A DNA stretch of 64,000 nt from Thermodesulfobacteriota bacterium (lineage in GTDB: Bacteria; Desulfobacterota_D; UBA1144; Nemesobacterales; Nemesobacteraceae): NCBI GenBank assembly GCA_965221875.1, contig OZ244920.1, positions 822,824-886,823 of the forward strand, read 5' to 3'. Below, one piece after another: positions 26,859-37,469 of this stretch. The position numbers were made by a program, and so were the translations under genes. The notes under the pieces are model-generated. The model ran no database searches and was not told the DNA's origin. It worked only from the letters and a program-made list of their open reading frames with translations. How positions within the stretch are numbered: the first letter of the stretch is position 1; each line of letters begins with the position of its first letter.

Positions 26859-27314
26859 ATGCAGAAGAAGGTCAAGAATCTGGATTACTACATGAATCTG
26901 AGATATGAGGCAAGAATACAGAAAAGTGATACCGGATATTTTGCGGAAATACCGGATTTACCGGGTTGCATGACTTTCTGTGAAGAATTCGATCAGCTTG
27001 AAGAGATGGTCGAGGACGCGAAGAAGGCATGGCTTGAGATGAGCATTGAAGATAATCTGGAGATCCCTGAACCTAGTAAAGATAGAGAGTTCAGTGGGAA
27101 ATTTCTCTTGAGGTTGCCTAAAAGTCTTCATAGAAAACTTTCAGACCAAGCTGAAGAAGAAAGTGTAAGTCTGAATCAGCATATTCTGAATTTACTCTCG
27201 GGAAAACATTCCGCAACAAAAATTATAAAGGAAGTAAGAAATATGATTGCCGATAGGCCCAAGGAAGATAATCAACCTGTATTAGTTAAAAGTGCTAATC
27301 AACATGGAGGTTAA
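26859..27314 (+). CDS. hicB: HicB-family antitoxin with C-terminal RHH
   Basis: 151 aa. YFAEIPDLPGCMTFCEEFDQLEEMVEDAKKAWLE...IPEP is followed by SGKFLLRLPKSLHRKLSDQAEEESVSLNQHILNLL. Confidence 0.8.
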   Translation: MQKKVKNLDYYMNLRYEARIQKSDTGYFAEIPDLPGCMTFCEEFDQLEEMVEDAKKAWLEMSIEDNLEIPEPSKDREFSGKFLLRLPKSLHRKLSDQAEEESVSLNQHILNLLSGKHSATKIIKEVRNMIADRPKEDNQPVLVKSANQHGG

Positions 27315-27540
27315 TTCAAAACCTATAGGTGTAAGAGTAAGCAACAATGAGCAATCACAAATTCTCACTCAAATCCGCGAAGCCCATATCCGGCCAAATC
27401 CACCTCGTCGATGCCGAGCAGGTGCGTATGAATAAACATAGCGCATGACAACGTTTAAAAAGCTGGTCGATGGATTGCTTGCTGGTTCCGAAGGGAGAAG
27501 CTCGCAATTACACAGTCAGTTGTCGCCAAAGCTTCGTTTG

Positions 27541-28896
27541 TTACTGAACCGGAATCCTGCTTTGTATGGCGTTCCTTACGGTCTTGTAGTCGTTTGGAAG
27601 TTCCACCGGAACATTGCTTAGATCAGACGAGATTCCCTCAAGGGCGGAGCGGTGGTAGCCGGCTTTGAACTCCACGAATTTAAGCCCGTGAGCGGTGGAA
27701 ACTACCACTATTTTTTCCTTGGGAGAAAGAACCTTCTTCTTAAGCAGTTTCAAGAACACCGCGAGTGCGACTCCCGTATGGGGGCAGTTAAACGTGCCTG
27801 TTCTGTCCGCCATCGCTGAGGCGTGGGAGAGTTCTTCTTCCGATGCCTGCTCCACAATCCCGTCGAAGTCCCTAAGGATTGAAATTGCCTTGTTGACGCT
27901 CACGGGGTTTCCGATCTGTATGGCGTTTGCGAGGGTTTTCTTCGCTGTTACGGGGACAAATTCCTCGAAGCCATTAAGAAAGCTCAGGTAAAGGGGGTTT
28001 GCGTTTTCTGCCTGCGCACAGACTATCCTTGGAAGCTTTTTTATGACGCCAAGCTCATACATCATCAGAAACCCCTTCCCGAGGGCGGACACGTTGCCCA
28101 GGTTGCCGCCGGGAATTATCACCCAGTCCGGCACTTCCCAGTCAAACTGCTGGCAAAGCTCTATGCTTATGGTTTTCTGTCCCTCTATGCGCAGAGAGTT
28201 AATGGAGTTTGCCAAGTAGATGTTATGTTCGCTCGTTATCCTCTGTACCATCTCCATGCAGCCGTCAAAATCCGTATCCAGGGAAAGAACCAGTGACCCG
28301 TTCGATATGGGCTGGATCAGCTGGGCGATGGATACCTTGTCCTTGGGAAGAAAAACTATGGATGGAATGCCTGCGGACGCGCAGTAGGCCGCCAAGGCAG
28401 CTGATGTATCCCCCGTTGAGGCGCAGGCTACCGCCGGGATGCTCACGCTGTCGCTTATCATCTGGTTTACGGCGGATACGAGCACGGTCATTCCCAGATC
28501 CTTGAAGGATCCCGTGTGGCTGTTGCCGCACATCTTTATCCAGAGGTCCTCGGCGCCTACCTGCTTTCCGAACCTCTCGGCCCAGAAAAGGTTTGTGCAC
28601 CCCTCGTACATTGAAACTATGTTCTCGTTTTCAATTGAGGGCAGAACCCACTCTTTTTTTCCCCAGACGCCGCTTCCGAAGGGCCAGGACTGTTTTCTGT
28701 ACCTGCTGTCGAAAAGCTCTTTCCATTCCTCGGGCGTTTTTTGCCCCAGAGATCCCATGTCGTGCTGAACGTCAAGAAGGTTGTCGCACTTCCTGCACCT
28801 GTAAATGATCTCATCGATTGGATAGGTTTCAGAGCAGTTCTTGTCTATGCATCTGAAATGGACTCGGTACTCACTCATCAAGCTAAGAAAATACAT
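27541..28896 (-). CDS. thrC: threonine synthase
   Basis: 451 aa. N-terminal zinc-ribbon-like CIDKNCSETY...RCRKCDNLL and the PLP lysine motif HTGSFKDLGMT. The true start may be the ATG at 28878 (MSEYRVHF). Confidence 0.9.
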   Translation of the reverse strand: MYFLSLMSEYRVHFRCIDKNCSETYPIDEIIYRCRKCDNLLDVQHDMGSLGQKTPEEWKELFDSRYRKQSWPFGSGVWGKKEWVLPSIENENIVSMYEGCTNLFWAERFGKQVGAEDLWIKMCGNSHTGSFKDLGMTVLVSAVNQMISDSVSIPAVACASTGDTSAALAAYCASAGIPSIVFLPKDKVSIAQLIQPISNGSLVLSLDTDFDGCMEMVQRITSEHNIYLANSINSLRIEGQKTISIELCQQFDWEVPDWVIIPGGNLGNVSALGKGFLMMYELGVIKKLPRIVCAQAENANPLYLSFLNGFEEFVPVTAKKTLANAIQIGNPVSVNKAISILRDFDGIVEQASEEELSHASAMADRTGTFNCPHTGVALAVFLKLLKKKVLSPKEKIVVVSTAHGLKFVEFKAGYHRSALEGISSDLSNVPVELPNDYKTVRNAIQSRIPVQ

Positions 28897-29019
28897 TTTG
28901 CCCTTTTCCCTGTCAACGCTGTGCGAACCCTTTTCTCAAGCTTTGGGGCTTGCTTTAGAGCCATGAGTTTCCATGTTCATTGACACTGACAGAGGCTTTC
29001 GGTAGTCTGGAAGAATCGG

Positions 29020-29313
29020 ATGGAACGAAGAACCGTTATCCTGGTGAAGGGAAGGGTGCGGGGAGTTTATTTCAGAGCTTCGGCGGCCCGAGCAGCTGCT
29101 GAGCTTGGCATCAGGGGACATGTCGAGAACCTCGTTGACGGAAACGTCAGGATAGTCGCTGAAGGAACGACCGAGAACCTCGAAAAGCTGATTAAGTGGT
29201 GCGGAAAAGGGCCGCCCCGCGCAAAGGTCGAGTCGGTTGAATTCAAGTGGCTTCCACCTGAGGGCGGGTTCATCGATTTTCGTATAAACAGGACTCAAAG
29301 GAGATCAGGTTGA
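29020..29313 (+). CDS. acyP: acylphosphatase
   Basis: 97 aa. VKGRVRGVYFRASAARAAAELGIRGHVENLVDGNVRIVAEG is the acylphosphatase signature. Confidence 0.85.
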   Translation: MERRTVILVKGRVRGVYFRASAARAAAELGIRGHVENLVDGNVRIVAEGTTENLEKLIKWCGKGPPRAKVESVEFKWLPPEGGFIDFRINRTQRRSG

Positions 29314-29951
29314 TAATAAAATGCATCCCGGGCGGGATATTCATTGAAAACTGTTATATCATAGGGGATGAAGATACTAACGAGGCTATGCTCGTTGATC
29401 CCGGAGAGCAGATAGCGGAGATATCCGAGGAAATCGAAAGATCTGGGCTCGAGGTAAAAAAAATAGTTAACACCCACGCGCATCTGGATCACGTGGCCGG
29501 TGTCGAGACTTTCAAGAAAATGCTTGGCATACCCTTTTACATACACGAAAAGGAACAACCCGTGCTTGATGTGCTTCCCGAGGCGAAGATGAGATTCCCC
29601 GGATTTGATTTTGTCGAAGTTCCCGAGGTAGATGGTTACGTGAAGGAAGGAGAAACTCTTTCTGTGGGGAATCTCGGGGGAGAAATACTCCTTGTTCCGG
29701 GACACACCTGGGGGCATATATGTTTTGTTTTTGGAGAATCGATAATAGCTGGAGACACTGTTTTCGCTGGAAGCGTAGGCAGGGTGGATCTCACAGGGGG
29801 AACAACCATGACGGAGCTTGTCGGGTCGATCCGCTCCGAGATTCTTAAATATCCCGATCATTACGAGATCCATCCGGGCCACGGCCCTCAAACGACAGTG
29901 GGAATTGAAAAAAAGACCAATCCTTTTCTCGTGGGAACTTTTGCTCTTTAG
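29310..29951 (+). CDS. MBL-fold metallo-hydrolase (glyoxalase II-like)
   Basis: 213 aa. HxHxDH motif (THAHLDHVAG), plus PGHTWGH and HPGHG. Confidence 0.85.
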   Translation: MIIKCIPGGIFIENCYIIGDEDTNEAMLVDPGEQIAEISEEIERSGLEVKKIVNTHAHLDHVAGVETFKKMLGIPFYIHEKEQPVLDVLPEAKMRFPGFDFVEVPEVDGYVKEGETLSVGNLGGEILLVPGHTWGHICFVFGESIIAGDTVFAGSVGRVDLTGGTTMTELVGSIRSEILKYPDHYEIHPGHGPQTTVGIEKKTNPFLVGTFAL

Positions 29952-29958
29952 AAGAGAT

Positions 29959-30234
29959 ATGAGACCAGAAAGATTCATCAGGTTGGCTGTGTACTCGGTG
30001 ATTGCCGTAGTGGTAGCCTTGATGTTTTTCAACGAGATTTCCAAGGTCTATTTTCTCAAGAACGAAAACAATAGGATAGAGAAAAGGATAGAGGACTTGA
30101 AATCGCAGAACAGGGCGTACAGAGAGGAAATAAAGGCCCTGAAGCAAGACGAAAGATACATTGAGAAAATACTGAGAGAGGAACTGGGGATGATAAAAGA
30201 CAAAGAAAAGATATTCAGATTCAAAGAAGAATAA
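29959..30234 (+). CDS. ftsB: septum formation initiator (FtsB/DivIC family)
   Basis: 91 aa from the ATG at 29959. One TM followed by a coiled coil (NNRIEKRIEDLKSQNRAYREEIKALKQDERYIEKILREELGM). The track ORF from 29818 overlaps the MBL gene. Confidence 0.65.
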   Translation: MRPERFIRLAVYSVIAVVVALMFFNEISKVYFLKNENNRIEKRIEDLKSQNRAYREEIKALKQDERYIEKILREELGMIKDKEKIFRFKEE

Positions 30235-30301
30235 CTTGGCAACCTTCATTCTTTGTTTCCATACTTAAAAGTTGCTCTGAAACAGTATCTGCTTCAAACG
30301 G

Positions 30302-31120
30302 ATGGATGATATGAAGCGAGAGCAGATATTCCGTCAGACCAAGAGGCTTGGGCAGAATTTTCTGAACGACCCCAACATACTCCGCAAGATTTGCGCTACC
30401 GCAAATCTCCAAAAAGAAGATCATGTGATTGAAATCGGGCCCGGCAAAGGCAGCCTCACGGAGCATCTCACACACGGTGCCGGCAGAGTCACGGCAATTG
30501 AGAAAGACAAGAGGCTGAGAACTTTTCTTGACGAAAAATTCGGAGAATCTGCAAATATCAGATTTGTTTACGAAGATGTCCTTAAAATCGATTTCAGCCG
30601 TTTTTCCGACGGGGAAAAAACGAAACTCGTATCCAATCTTCCCTATAACATATCCACCCGGATTCTACTTAAGCTTCTCGATGAAAGAGAACTTTTCTCA
30701 AGGATAGTAGTGATGCTGCAAAAGGAAGTGGCCCAGAGGATATCTTCTGCAAAGGGGCGGAAAAACTACGGTTCCCTCTCGGTACTCCTCCAGAGCTGTT
30801 TCAGCGTAAAGCTTGCCTTCAAGGTTTCCCGGCGCGTGTTCTATCCGGTTCCTGAAGTTGATTCGGCGGTGGTGGTGCTCGACCCGCTTAAGGAGCCAGT
30901 GTTTTCTGTACCTAGCGAGAGGACCTTCAGGACCGTTACTAGGTACGCGTTTTCCTCAAGAAGAAAGACCATAAGGAATTCGCTCGGCAACTTTTTTGAG
31001 AGGGAGACCGTTGAACGGGCGCTTTCAGACTCGAGTATCGATCAGCGGAGAAGGGCGGAATCCCTTTCGGTTGAGGAATTCGCGAGATTGGCCGACAGCT
31101 TCCACGCAATAAATCAGTAG
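30302..31120 (+). CDS. rsmA: 16S rRNA (adenine1518/1519-N6)-dimethyltransferase
   Basis: 272 aa. KRLGQNFL, VIEIGPGKGSLT and SNLPYNIST. Confidence 0.9.
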   Translation: MDDMKREQIFRQTKRLGQNFLNDPNILRKICATANLQKEDHVIEIGPGKGSLTEHLTHGAGRVTAIEKDKRLRTFLDEKFGESANIRFVYEDVLKIDFSRFSDGEKTKLVSNLPYNISTRILLKLLDERELFSRIVVMLQKEVAQRISSAKGRKNYGSLSVLLQSCFSVKLAFKVSRRVFYPVPEVDSAVVVLDPLKEPVFSVPSERTFRTVTRYAFSSRRKTIRNSLGNFFERETVERALSDSSIDQRRRAESLSVEEFARLADSFHAINQ

Positions 31121-32517
31121 ACAAGTTCCCGAAGAAGCAGGTTCTGAAGTTTCTTTACCCTCGTGCCCATGCCGTTTGATATGATGGAAAAAACATAAAC
31201 CCGCCCGTTTTTTCCGAATACGTAGCCGGATAGAGACCTAGCGCCTTCAAGATACCCGGTTTTTGCATAGACCTTGCCCTTGAGGTAGCGAAATCTTTTC
31301 TTGAGAGTTCCGTCAACTCCGGCGATCGGAAGGGACGCGACAAACTCCTCGGAAATATCCGGATCATCGTAGGCCTTGGCGAGTGCATGCGTTATATCCT
31401 CGGGCGACACCCTGTTCAGCCTTGAGAGACCGGAACCGTCGGCCACGGAGAAGCTTCCATTGAGACCGATTTTTCTCAGGTGATTTTCAATCACGCGCGT
31501 TCCGGATTCCCATGAGCCTGGGGTGCCGGAGAACTCGGCGCCGATCGCCTTCACTATGCTTTCTCCTATTATGTTTACGCTTTCTTTGTTGTACTCATGA
31601 ATAATGGTGCCCAGAGGTTCTGAGTAATGAGTGAGAATTTTGCCGGCCCATCGAGGCACCTTCCCACGTTCTATGGGACCGTCTACCTTGATTCCGTTTT
31701 CCTCGAGAACTCTCTTGAATACCGCTCCGAAGTAAAAAAACGGGTCGGGCACTGAAATCTCCAGGGTTTCGGCTTTTTTTCGTGAGGAGACGTATCCGGA
31801 GATATTGAGTTCGTTTCGTTCGTTGTACACTGCTCTAACGCCCGACCTTTTAAGCCTGGTGGAAACCCTGTTTCTAATCGGGAAGGGAAACTCCGCGGGT
31901 TCCGTTCTCACTGTAGCGGGCACCCCCTGCACCTTGGACGCGGAAATTTTTATCTTGGCCGAGTTGTAATTAAACGAAATCGCCGTTACGGGAGGGCAAA
32001 ATCCTTTGTCGAACCATTCAGGGTCCCAGCCCTGTCCGTAGAGGATGTCGTCAAAATATGACCCGTCAAGATATATGCCACCGTCGATTCTGGTTATCCC
32101 GAGTGCTTTAATCCGTCCGGCAATCTCCCGAAGTTCCCCGATGTCTATCATGGGATCTCCGAACCCTTTTACGTAAAGACCGCCGTGGCCGACTCCCGAG
32201 TGTATACCTCCGCCCAGATAAAACTTCGTTTTGAACCGGAAATTTTTTCCAAGGATGGAAAGAGCTGCTATGGAGGAAAGTATTTTGTTATTGGAAGCGG
32301 GGATGAATTCCTTTTTGCTGTTATAACGGAAAACCGTTCTGCCGGTATCGGCCGAGCGGACCATGATCCCGATTTTTCTTTGCGACGGGGGGCTTTTTGA
32401 GATAAAGGAGAGGATTTTTTTGTGGTTTACATCAGCATAGGAGGAGGCAGCCGGCAGAAAGGCAAAGAGTAAAACCAAGGTGCGCAGAATCAGGATTTTT
32501 CTTCTGGAATTCGTCAT
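31114..32517 (-). CDS. dacB: D-alanyl-D-alanine carboxypeptidase/endopeptidase (PBP4 family)
   Basis: 467 aa with a signal peptide. SxxK (PASNNK), SGLS region and KTGYL are present. The stop overlaps the rsmA stop. Confidence 0.8.
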   Translation of the reverse strand: MTNSRRKILILRTLVLLFAFLPAASSYADVNHKKILSFISKSPPSQRKIGIMVRSADTGRTVFRYNSKKEFIPASNNKILSSIAALSILGKNFRFKTKFYLGGGIHSGVGHGGLYVKGFGDPMIDIGELREIAGRIKALGITRIDGGIYLDGSYFDDILYGQGWDPEWFDKGFCPPVTAISFNYNSAKIKISASKVQGVPATVRTEPAEFPFPIRNRVSTRLKRSGVRAVYNERNELNISGYVSSRKKAETLEISVPDPFFYFGAVFKRVLEENGIKVDGPIERGKVPRWAGKILTHYSEPLGTIIHEYNKESVNIIGESIVKAIGAEFSGTPGSWESGTRVIENHLRKIGLNGSFSVADGSGLSRLNRVSPEDITHALAKAYDDPDISEEFVASLPIAGVDGTLKKRFRYLKGKVYAKTGYLEGARSLSGYVFGKNGRVYVFSIISNGMGTRVKKLQNLLLRELVY

Positions 32518-32534
32518 TGCTGCATTTTTTTGGG

Positions 32535-35222
32535 TTAGTGAGCTTCAGCCCAGTTCTCTGCGGCGCACATCTCCACTCTGAGCGGTACATTAAGCTCCCA
32601 AGCGTTTTCCATGTCGTTTTTTATGTGAATTCTCAGTTCTTCAAGTTCTGTTTCGTGAACCTCGAAAAGAAGCTCGTCGTGAACCTGAAGAATCATCTTG
32701 GAGTGAAATGCTCCTTCCTCAAATCTTCTAGATATGCGGATCATCGCCAGATTTATTATATCCGCCGCGGATCCCTGTATCGGAGTGTTTATGGCTTCCC
32801 GCTCACCTCTGCTCCTTTCCACTCTGTTCCCTGACACAAGCTCCGGTATGGGTCTTCTTCTTCCGATAAGCGTTTCTGTGTACCCCCTGCTCCGTGCCTC
32901 CTCAACCGATGACTGCATATAGGTCTTCACTTCCGAGTATCTGTCAAAATACCTGTTTATGTAATTTCTCGAGACCGAGACCGTGGTACCGAGCTGTTTT
33001 GAAAGACCGAAAGCGCTTATTCCGTATATTATCCCGAAGTTTATGGTCTTGGCGAGATTCCGCATCTCGGAGGTAATCCGGTCTTCGCCTGCGTTAAAGA
33101 TTTCGCAGGCCGTTGCGACATGCACGTCCTTGTCAGCTCGAAGTGCCTCAAGCAGGGTTGGATCCCCCGAGAAATGGGCCAGCAGGCGAAGTTCTATCTG
33201 TGAGTAATCGGCCGACAGCACAACACAGCCGTCTTTCGCCATGAACGATTTTCGGATTCTTTTCCCATCCCCGGTTTTTATCGGGATGTTCTGAAGATTG
33301 GGATCGCTCGAGCTCAGCCTTCCGGTTGAAGTGCCGGCAGGATTAAAAGAGGTGTGAATCCTTCCCGTGGCAGGATTGATAAGCCTCGGGAGCTGATCAA
33401 TGTAAGTGGACTTCAGTTTGGAGAGAAACCTGTGCCTCAGTATCAGACGGGGCACCTCGTGGATTGTCGAAAGATCTCTAAGCACTTCTGAATCAGTGGA
33501 AAAAGCGCCTTTGGCGGTTTTCTTTCTGGCGGGAAGCCTTAACTTTTCGAAAAGCACCTCGGAGAGCTGCTTCGTTGAATTTATATTAAATTCTCCTTCA
33601 GTTTTTTCGTATATCTCGGCTTCGATGGAACGGAGATCCCTTTCAAATTCCCCCGACATTTCCTTGAGAATCCCGGTGTTGATGCTTACGCCCGTAAACT
33701 CCATGTCACAGAGAACAGGAAGAAGTCCGAGAACATTCTCCCTGTAGAGATCCCAGAGTTCCTCCCGCTTGAGAGCTTCAAGAAATCTCCTTGAAAGAAT
33801 GAGCGTCACGTCGGAGTCTTCGCAGGAATATTTTGTTGCTGTCTCGATATCAACTTCGGCGAAGTTCTTCTTGGATTTTCCCTTGCCTGTAACGTCATCG
33901 TAGGAGATCATCCTGTGGCCAAGCTCCATTTTTGAAAGTTCGTCAAGTTTGTAGCTTCCCCGAGAGGCGTCAAGCAGGTGAGCTGCAAGCATAGTGTCGA
34001 AGTAAATTCCCCTGAGCCTAACTCCGTGGTTTTTAAGCACTAGCATCTCGTATTTTATGTTCTGTCCTATTTTCTTTATGTCTTTGGATTCAAAAATGGG
34101 TTTCAGCATCGAAAGCGCGGTATCAAGTTTCATCTGTTTTTCGGCTTCCATAATACCGCTATGTCCCACGGGAACGTAAAAAGCCTGTCCCGGGGCTGTG
34201 CACAGCGAAAAGCCAACTATCCCTGCGTTCATCGGCAACCTGGAATCCGTCTCGAGATCTATTGAGAGTTCTCCCGCTTCTTCTACCATGCTTATGACCC
34301 GGCCGAGGGATTTTTCCTCGAAAACGGTTTCGTAGGAGTCGTATCTTACCGTTTCGCTTTCGCCTGGAGTGCGGGATGCACCAATTTCGTCTAGGAGCTT
34401 TTCAAATTCAAGTTCTGAGAATATTTTCTGAAGATTTTCGGCTGCGTATCCACCGTACCTGAAGTCCTCGATTCCGGTTCCTACTTTGACGTCGGTTTTT
34501 ATGGTAACGAGTTCGCGGCTAAGGTACGCGTCGTCTTTGTGCTTTATTAGCCTCTGTGCTACACTGGGGCGAAGTTCTTCCAGGTTGTCGTATACGCCGT
34601 CAAGGTCCCCGTACTTGGATATAAGGACCGTAGCGGTTTTCTCCCCTACGCCTGCCACTCCCGGAATGTTGTCAACCTTGTCTCCTACAAGAGCGAAGAA
34701 ATCAATCATCTGTCCGGGCTCGATCCCGTACTTCTGACGCACTTCCTGCACTCCGGTTACGCGTTCCCTCATTGTGTCAACAAGAGTCACGTTCTCAGAC
34801 ACCAGCTGGCAGAAATCCTTGTCTCCGGTTACCAGAACCACCTTCAGTGTCCCCTGCGCCGTGGCTATGGTCCCTATGATGTCGTCGGCCTCATATCCCT
34901 CCATTGCAAACATCGGTATTGAGAATGCCCGTACCAGTTCGAAAATCTTAGGGAACTGGAGCTGGAGGCTTTCTGGAGCCTCGTCCCTGTTGGCCTTGTA
35001 CTCAGGGTATATTTCGTTTCTGAACACTTCTCCCTTGGAATCGAACACCATCCCCAGGTATCTCGGTTCGTATTCCCTGAGAAACTTAAGAAGCATGTTT
35101 GCAAATCCGTAGACGGCGTTGGTTGGGAACCCATCGGAGGTGGAAAGATCGGCCCTTACGCCGTAATACGCCCTGAATATATATGAACTGCCGTCAATCA
35201 GATAGAGCGGGTGTTGAGACAT
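32535..35222 (-). CDS. polA: DNA polymerase I
   Basis: 895 aa. A 5'-nuclease N-terminus is followed by Pol motif A (LSADYSQIELRLLAH), motif B (AKTINFGIIYG) and motif C (LQVHDELLFE). Confidence 0.95.
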   Translation of the reverse strand: MSQHPLYLIDGSSYIFRAYYGVRADLSTSDGFPTNAVYGFANMLLKFLREYEPRYLGMVFDSKGEVFRNEIYPEYKANRDEAPESLQLQFPKIFELVRAFSIPMFAMEGYEADDIIGTIATAQGTLKVVLVTGDKDFCQLVSENVTLVDTMRERVTGVQEVRQKYGIEPGQMIDFFALVGDKVDNIPGVAGVGEKTATVLISKYGDLDGVYDNLEELRPSVAQRLIKHKDDAYLSRELVTIKTDVKVGTGIEDFRYGGYAAENLQKIFSELEFEKLLDEIGASRTPGESETVRYDSYETVFEEKSLGRVISMVEEAGELSIDLETDSRLPMNAGIVGFSLCTAPGQAFYVPVGHSGIMEAEKQMKLDTALSMLKPIFESKDIKKIGQNIKYEMLVLKNHGVRLRGIYFDTMLAAHLLDASRGSYKLDELSKMELGHRMISYDDVTGKGKSKKNFAEVDIETATKYSCEDSDVTLILSRRFLEALKREELWDLYRENVLGLLPVLCDMEFTGVSINTGILKEMSGEFERDLRSIEAEIYEKTEGEFNINSTKQLSEVLFEKLRLPARKKTAKGAFSTDSEVLRDLSTIHEVPRLILRHRFLSKLKSTYIDQLPRLINPATGRIHTSFNPAGTSTGRLSSSDPNLQNIPIKTGDGKRIRKSFMAKDGCVVLSADYSQIELRLLAHFSGDPTLLEALRADKDVHVATACEIFNAGEDRITSEMRNLAKTINFGIIYGISAFGLSKQLGTTVSVSRNYINRYFDRYSEVKTYMQSSVEEARSRGYTETLIGRRRPIPELVSGNRVERSRGEREAINTPIQGSAADIINLAMIRISRRFEEGAFHSKMILQVHDELLFEVHETELEELRIHIKNDMENAWELNVPLRVEMCAAENWAEAH

Positions 35223-35322
35223 GAAGGAAACCGCTTACGCGTTATTTATTAAGTATACCCAACCGTTCTTGCGGGAGGGAGTCAGCTTGCTGATGTGGTT
35301 TTGGCCGGTGCCGGAGACGATG

Positions 35323-35964
35323 TTATTTCTCTGCGCTGTAAACAAACGCTGGAGGAAAATTGGACCAGACGGTTTTCGACTTGACGACACTTGTGAACTT
35401 GTTTCGCAGGATTGAACGGAATCTTCTGGCATTTGGAACCATCATGCTGATTGAATAGCTGAAAGTGATCATCCTGCCTCCAGGCTTAAGTACATCCCAG
35501 ATGATTTCAAGCAGTCTGTCCTGGGTTCCGTGGTCAAATATGGCCCAAGGAAGACTTGAAATAATGCAGTCGCAGGAATTTTTTCCGTGCTGCTCGAGAT
35601 ATTTTTTCATGTTCTCCGCAGAATCCCTGTAGACTGTTGCGGAAGGACATCGCAGTTTGGTTGCTTCGCAGAACTCGGGATTGATCTCTATTGCGAAAAA
35701 CAGTGCTTCCGGGTTTTTCTTCTCAAGAATTTTCTCGGTAAAAACCCCGGTTCCAGAGCCAAGTTCCACCACGGTTCCCATTTCGTCAAGCCGGGCCGTC
35801 TCGGTGACAAGCTCCGACAGTTCCTCGTTTGAAGGCGTTATCGAACCCGTACTTTTGGGATCCCTGAAGAACTGCTTTATGTAACCGTATGCTCCGAGTT
35901 TCAACGATGCCTCCGATAAGATACAAATCGGTGTAATTATAATAGCTTGCGATGTTTTGTCCAT
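35323..35964 (-). CDS. class I SAM-dependent methyltransferase
   Basis: 213 aa from the ATG at 35964. Motif I is VVELGSGTGVFT. The longer track ORF (to 36297) would overlap ffh and is rejected. Confidence 0.7.
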   Translation of the reverse strand: MDKTSQAIIITPICILSEASLKLGAYGYIKQFFRDPKSTGSITPSNEELSELVTETARLDEMGTVVELGSGTGVFTEKILEKKNPEALFFAIEINPEFCEATKLRCPSATVYRDSAENMKKYLEQHGKNSCDCIISSLPWAIFDHGTQDRLLEIIWDVLKPGGRMITFSYSISMMVPNARRFRSILRNKFTSVVKSKTVWSNFPPAFVYSAEK

Positions 35965-36091
35965 GTTGCTGTTAAAGTACGGACCTTGACGCTTCTGTGC
36001 GTCGGGCGGGGAAGGATTGTATTTTCCTAATTCCGGTATTATATAGATCGTTACACCGCTCCGGATGGCTTGAAAGGCGGGAAATGCAGCA

Positions 36092-37426
36092 ATGTTTGAA
36101 GGAATCTCGAAAAAGCTCGGCACTACCCTCAAAAGGATAGGTGGGTACGGGAAGCTAAGCGAAAAGAACATAGAGGACGCGCTTCGTGAAGTGCGTCTCA
36201 GCCTTCTTGAAGCGGATGTCAATTTCAGGGTGGTCCGCCAGTTCACAGGACTTGTCAAGGAAAGAGCGCTGGGTCGGGAGGTCGAAAGAAGTCTCAATCC
36301 GGGACAGCAGTTTGTAAAAATAGTTAAAGAAGAACTTACCGGTATTCTCGGGCTGGAAAACGAACCCCTGAATCTAAACGTCGCGCCTCCGGTGATAATA
36401 ATGCTGGTCGGGCTTCAGGGTTCGGGAAAAACCACCACGGCGTCGAAGCTTGCCAAGTTTCTCAAGGAGCGCCACGGCAAGACCCCACTGCTGGTTCCCG
36501 CCGACATCTACCGTCCCGCCGCAATAGAGCAGCTAAAGGTGCTCGGAGAAAAAATAGACGTAAGCGTCTACGATACCGTGGCCGGTTCGGACCCCGTAGA
36601 CGTGTGCGCGGATGCGGTATCGGCTTCCGCGAAACAAGGAGCAGACGCGGTGATCATAGACACGGCCGGGCGCCTTCATCTTGACCGCGAGCTAATGGAT
36701 GAACTGGGGAGCATAAAGAAGAAGGTAAATCCCCATGAAATCCTCCTCGTTGCCGACTCGATGACGGGACAGGATGCCGTGAACGTTTCGCAAAGCTTTG
36801 ATGAAGCCGTTGATCTCGACGGCGTGATCCTCACGAAGATGGATGCGGATGCGAGGGGAGGGGCGGCGCTTTCGATAAAGTCTACCACCGGCAAGCCTAT
36901 AAAGTTCTTCGGAACGGGAGAGAAAGCCGATGCGCTTGAAGTCTTTCACCCCGAGAGAATAGCCTCGAGAATCCTGGGAATGGGAGATGTTTTAAGCCTC
37001 ATAGAAAAGGCGGAAGATGCTTTTGAAGAGGAAAGAACGAAAAAACTCGCGGAGAGAATTTCGAAAAAGCAGTTCTCACTCGAAGATTACAGGGAATCGA
37101 TAATGGCCATGAGCAAACTCGGTTCAATAGAAAGCATCGCCCACATGGTTCCAGGGATGAAAAAGGTCACCGATAACCCCGAAGCGATGGCAAAGGCTGA
37201 GGAAGAGATAAAAAAGAGCCTTGCGATAATCAACTCCATGACGGTGCCCGAAAGAAGGGATCATACTATCCTAAACGGCAGTCGCAGAAAGAGAATCGCC
37301 AGGGGAAGCGGAACTTCAGTGCCTGACGTCAACCGCATGGTAAAAAACTACATACAAATGCGAAACATGATGAAAAACATGGGGAAAATGGGTAAACTAA
37401 CAAAGAGAATGATGAAATTCAGATGA
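36092..37426 (+). CDS. ffh: signal recognition particle protein Ffh
   Basis: 444 aa. [14 protein letters not shown] and [10 protein letters not shown], with a Met-rich C-terminal M domain. Confidence 0.95.
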   Translation: MFEGISKKLGTTLKRIGGYGKLSEKNIEDALREVRLSLLEADVNFRVVRQFTGLVKERALGREVERSLNPGQQFVKIVKEELTGILGLENEPLNLNVAPPVIIMLVGLQGSGKTTTASKLAKFLKERHGKTPLLVPADIYRPAAIEQLKVLGEKIDVSVYDTVAGSDPVDVCADAVSASAKQGADAVIIDTAGRLHLDRELMDELGSIKKKVNPHEILLVADSMTGQDAVNVSQSFDEAVDLDGVILTKMDADARGGAALSIKSTTGKPIKFFGTGEKADALEVFHPERIASRILGMGDVLSLIEKAEDAFEEERTKKLAERISKKQFSLEDYRESIMAMSKLGSIESIAHMVPGMKKVTDNPEAMAKAEEEIKKSLAIINSMTVPERRDHTILNGSRRKRIARGSGTSVPDVNRMVKNYIQMRNMMKNMGKMGKLTKRMMKFR

Positions 37427-37469
37427 CGGGAGCATATCTTTAACCCCGGATTCAGGAGGTAACAGCAGT

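Noticed and set aside
29295-30044. 249-aa minus-strand ORF
   Set aside because: It is antisense to the MBL-fold hydrolase (HxHxDH present) and the ftsB start. The sequence looks random and lacks motifs.
35965-36297. N-terminal 111 codons of the 324-aa minus-strand ORF
   Set aside because: They would overlap the ffh start on the opposite strand and are low-complexity. The methyltransferase domain begins after the internal ATG at 35964.
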